A stretch of DNA of 64,000 nucleotides from Squalus acanthias. Lineage: Eukaryota. A model generated the notes under the pieces. It had not been told where the DNA came from. It ran no database searches and saw only the letters and a list, made by a program, of their open reading frames with translations. Below are positions 62,560 to 64,000 of this stretch, one piece after another. The stretch is taken from positions 62,310,001 to 62,374,000 of the forward strand of contig CM059439.1 of assembly GCA_030390025.1 (NCBI GenBank). Direction: 5' to 3'. The stretch's first letter is position 1. The number at the start of each line of letters is the position of its first letter. The position numbers were made by a program, and so were the translations under genes.

Positions 62560-64000
62560 AGAACATAAGAAACCGGAGCAGGTGTGGACAATACGGCCCT
62601 GAGCCTGCTTCGCCATTCAATAAGATCATGGCTGATCTTTGATCGCAACTCTACTTTCCCGCCCAGTCCCCATGTCCCTTGATTCCTCTAGAGTCCAAAA
62701 ATCTACCTATCTCAACCTTGAATATACTCAACGACTCAGCATCCACAGCCCTTTGGGGTAGAGAATTCCAAAGATTCACAACTCTGAGTGAAGAAATTCC
62801 TCCTCCTCTCAGTCTTAAATGGCCGACCCCTTATCTTGAGACTATGCCCCCTCGTTCTAGACTCTCCAGCCAGGGGAAACAACCTCTCAGCATCTACCCT
62901 GTCAATCCCCCTCAGAATCTTATATGTTTCAATGAGATCTCATTCTTCTGAACTCCAGAGAGTATAGGCCCAATCTCTCCTCATTGGACAACCCTCTCAG
63001 CCCAGGAATCAATCTAGTGGACCTTCGTTACACTGCCTCTAAGGTAAGTATATCCTTCCTCAGATAAGGAGACCAAAACTGCACACAGTACTCCAGGTGT
63101 GGTCTCACCAAAGCCCTGTACAATTGTAACAAGATTTCCCTGCTCTTGTACTCCAACCCCCTTGCAATAAAGGCCAACATGCCATTTGCCTTCCTAATTG
63201 CATGCTAACTCTACGTATTTCCTGTACAAGGACACCTAAATCTCTCTGAAGACCAGCATTTAATAGCTTCTCACCATTTAAAAAATATTCTGTTTTTCTA
63301 TTCTACCTACCAAAGTGAATAACTTCACATTTCCCCACCTTATTTCCCACTCACTTAACCTGTCTATATCCCTTTGCAGGCTCTTTGTGTCCTCCTCACA
63401 GCTTACTTTCCCACCTGGCTTTGTATCGTCAGCAAACTTGGATACATTACACTTGGTCTCTTCATCCAAGTCATTAATATAGAATGTAAATAGATGAAGC
63501 CCAAGCACTGATCCTTGCGGCACCCCACTAGTTACAGCTTGCCAACCTGAAAATGACTCGTTTATCCCTACTTTCTGTTTTCTGTCTGTTAACCAATCCT
63601 CTATCCATGCTAATATATTACCTCCAAACCCATGAGCCCTTATTGTGTGTAGCAACCTTTTATGTGGCACCTTATCGAATGCCTTTGGAAATCCAAATAT
63701 ACTACAGCCACTGGTTCCCCTTTATCTACCCTGCTAGTTACATCCTCAAAAAACTCTAATAAATTTGTCAAACACGATTTCGTAAAACCATGTTGACTCT
63801 GCCTAATCATATTATGATTTTCTAAGTGCCCTGTTACCACTTCCTTAATAATGGATTGCTGCATTTTCCCGACAACTGATGTCAGGCTAACTGGCCTGTA
63901 GTTCCCCGTTTTCTCTCTCCCTCCTGTCTTGAATAGTGGGCTTACATTTGCTACCTTCGAATCCGCTGGGACCGTTCTAGAATCTAGGGAATTTTTTGAA
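62560..64000 (-). mobile_element. CR1 (runs off the window end)
   Basis: SQHGFTKSCLTNLLEFFE, GVPQGSVLG and KFADDTK; 3' tail at about 62560. Confidence 0.93.

Overview
Eukaryotic, repeat-rich vertebrate genomic DNA, most likely from a cartilaginous fish. This is inferred from the Deu-domain SINEs, CR1/L2/Penelope content and the gene pair. Two spliced genes converge tail-to-tail. (1) On the + strand is the 3' part (nine exons, 3577-39190) of an OvoA-type ovothiol biosynthesis enzyme: FGE-sulfatase-like sulfoxide synthase C-terminal half plus a divergent SAM-methyltransferase domain. Most of these exons are hidden or only partly visible in the ORF track. (2) On the - strand is the 3' part (nine exons, 62216-43638) of LRP8/ApoER2. 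Introns are filled with CR1 and L2 LINE fragments, Penelope-like elements with hammerhead-ribozyme motifs, SINEs, PIF/Harbinger and hAT MITEs and two minisatellites. Highlights: a vertebrate OvoA next to LRP8; a possible frameshift or splice rescue in OvoA; a 256-bp-arm palindrome carrying two hammerhead motifs; a chimeric LINE insertion that captured local intron sequence; a candidate LRP8 cytoplasmic cassette exon; and a minisatellite built from splice-site-like units. All homology calls are from motif recognition; no database search was run.
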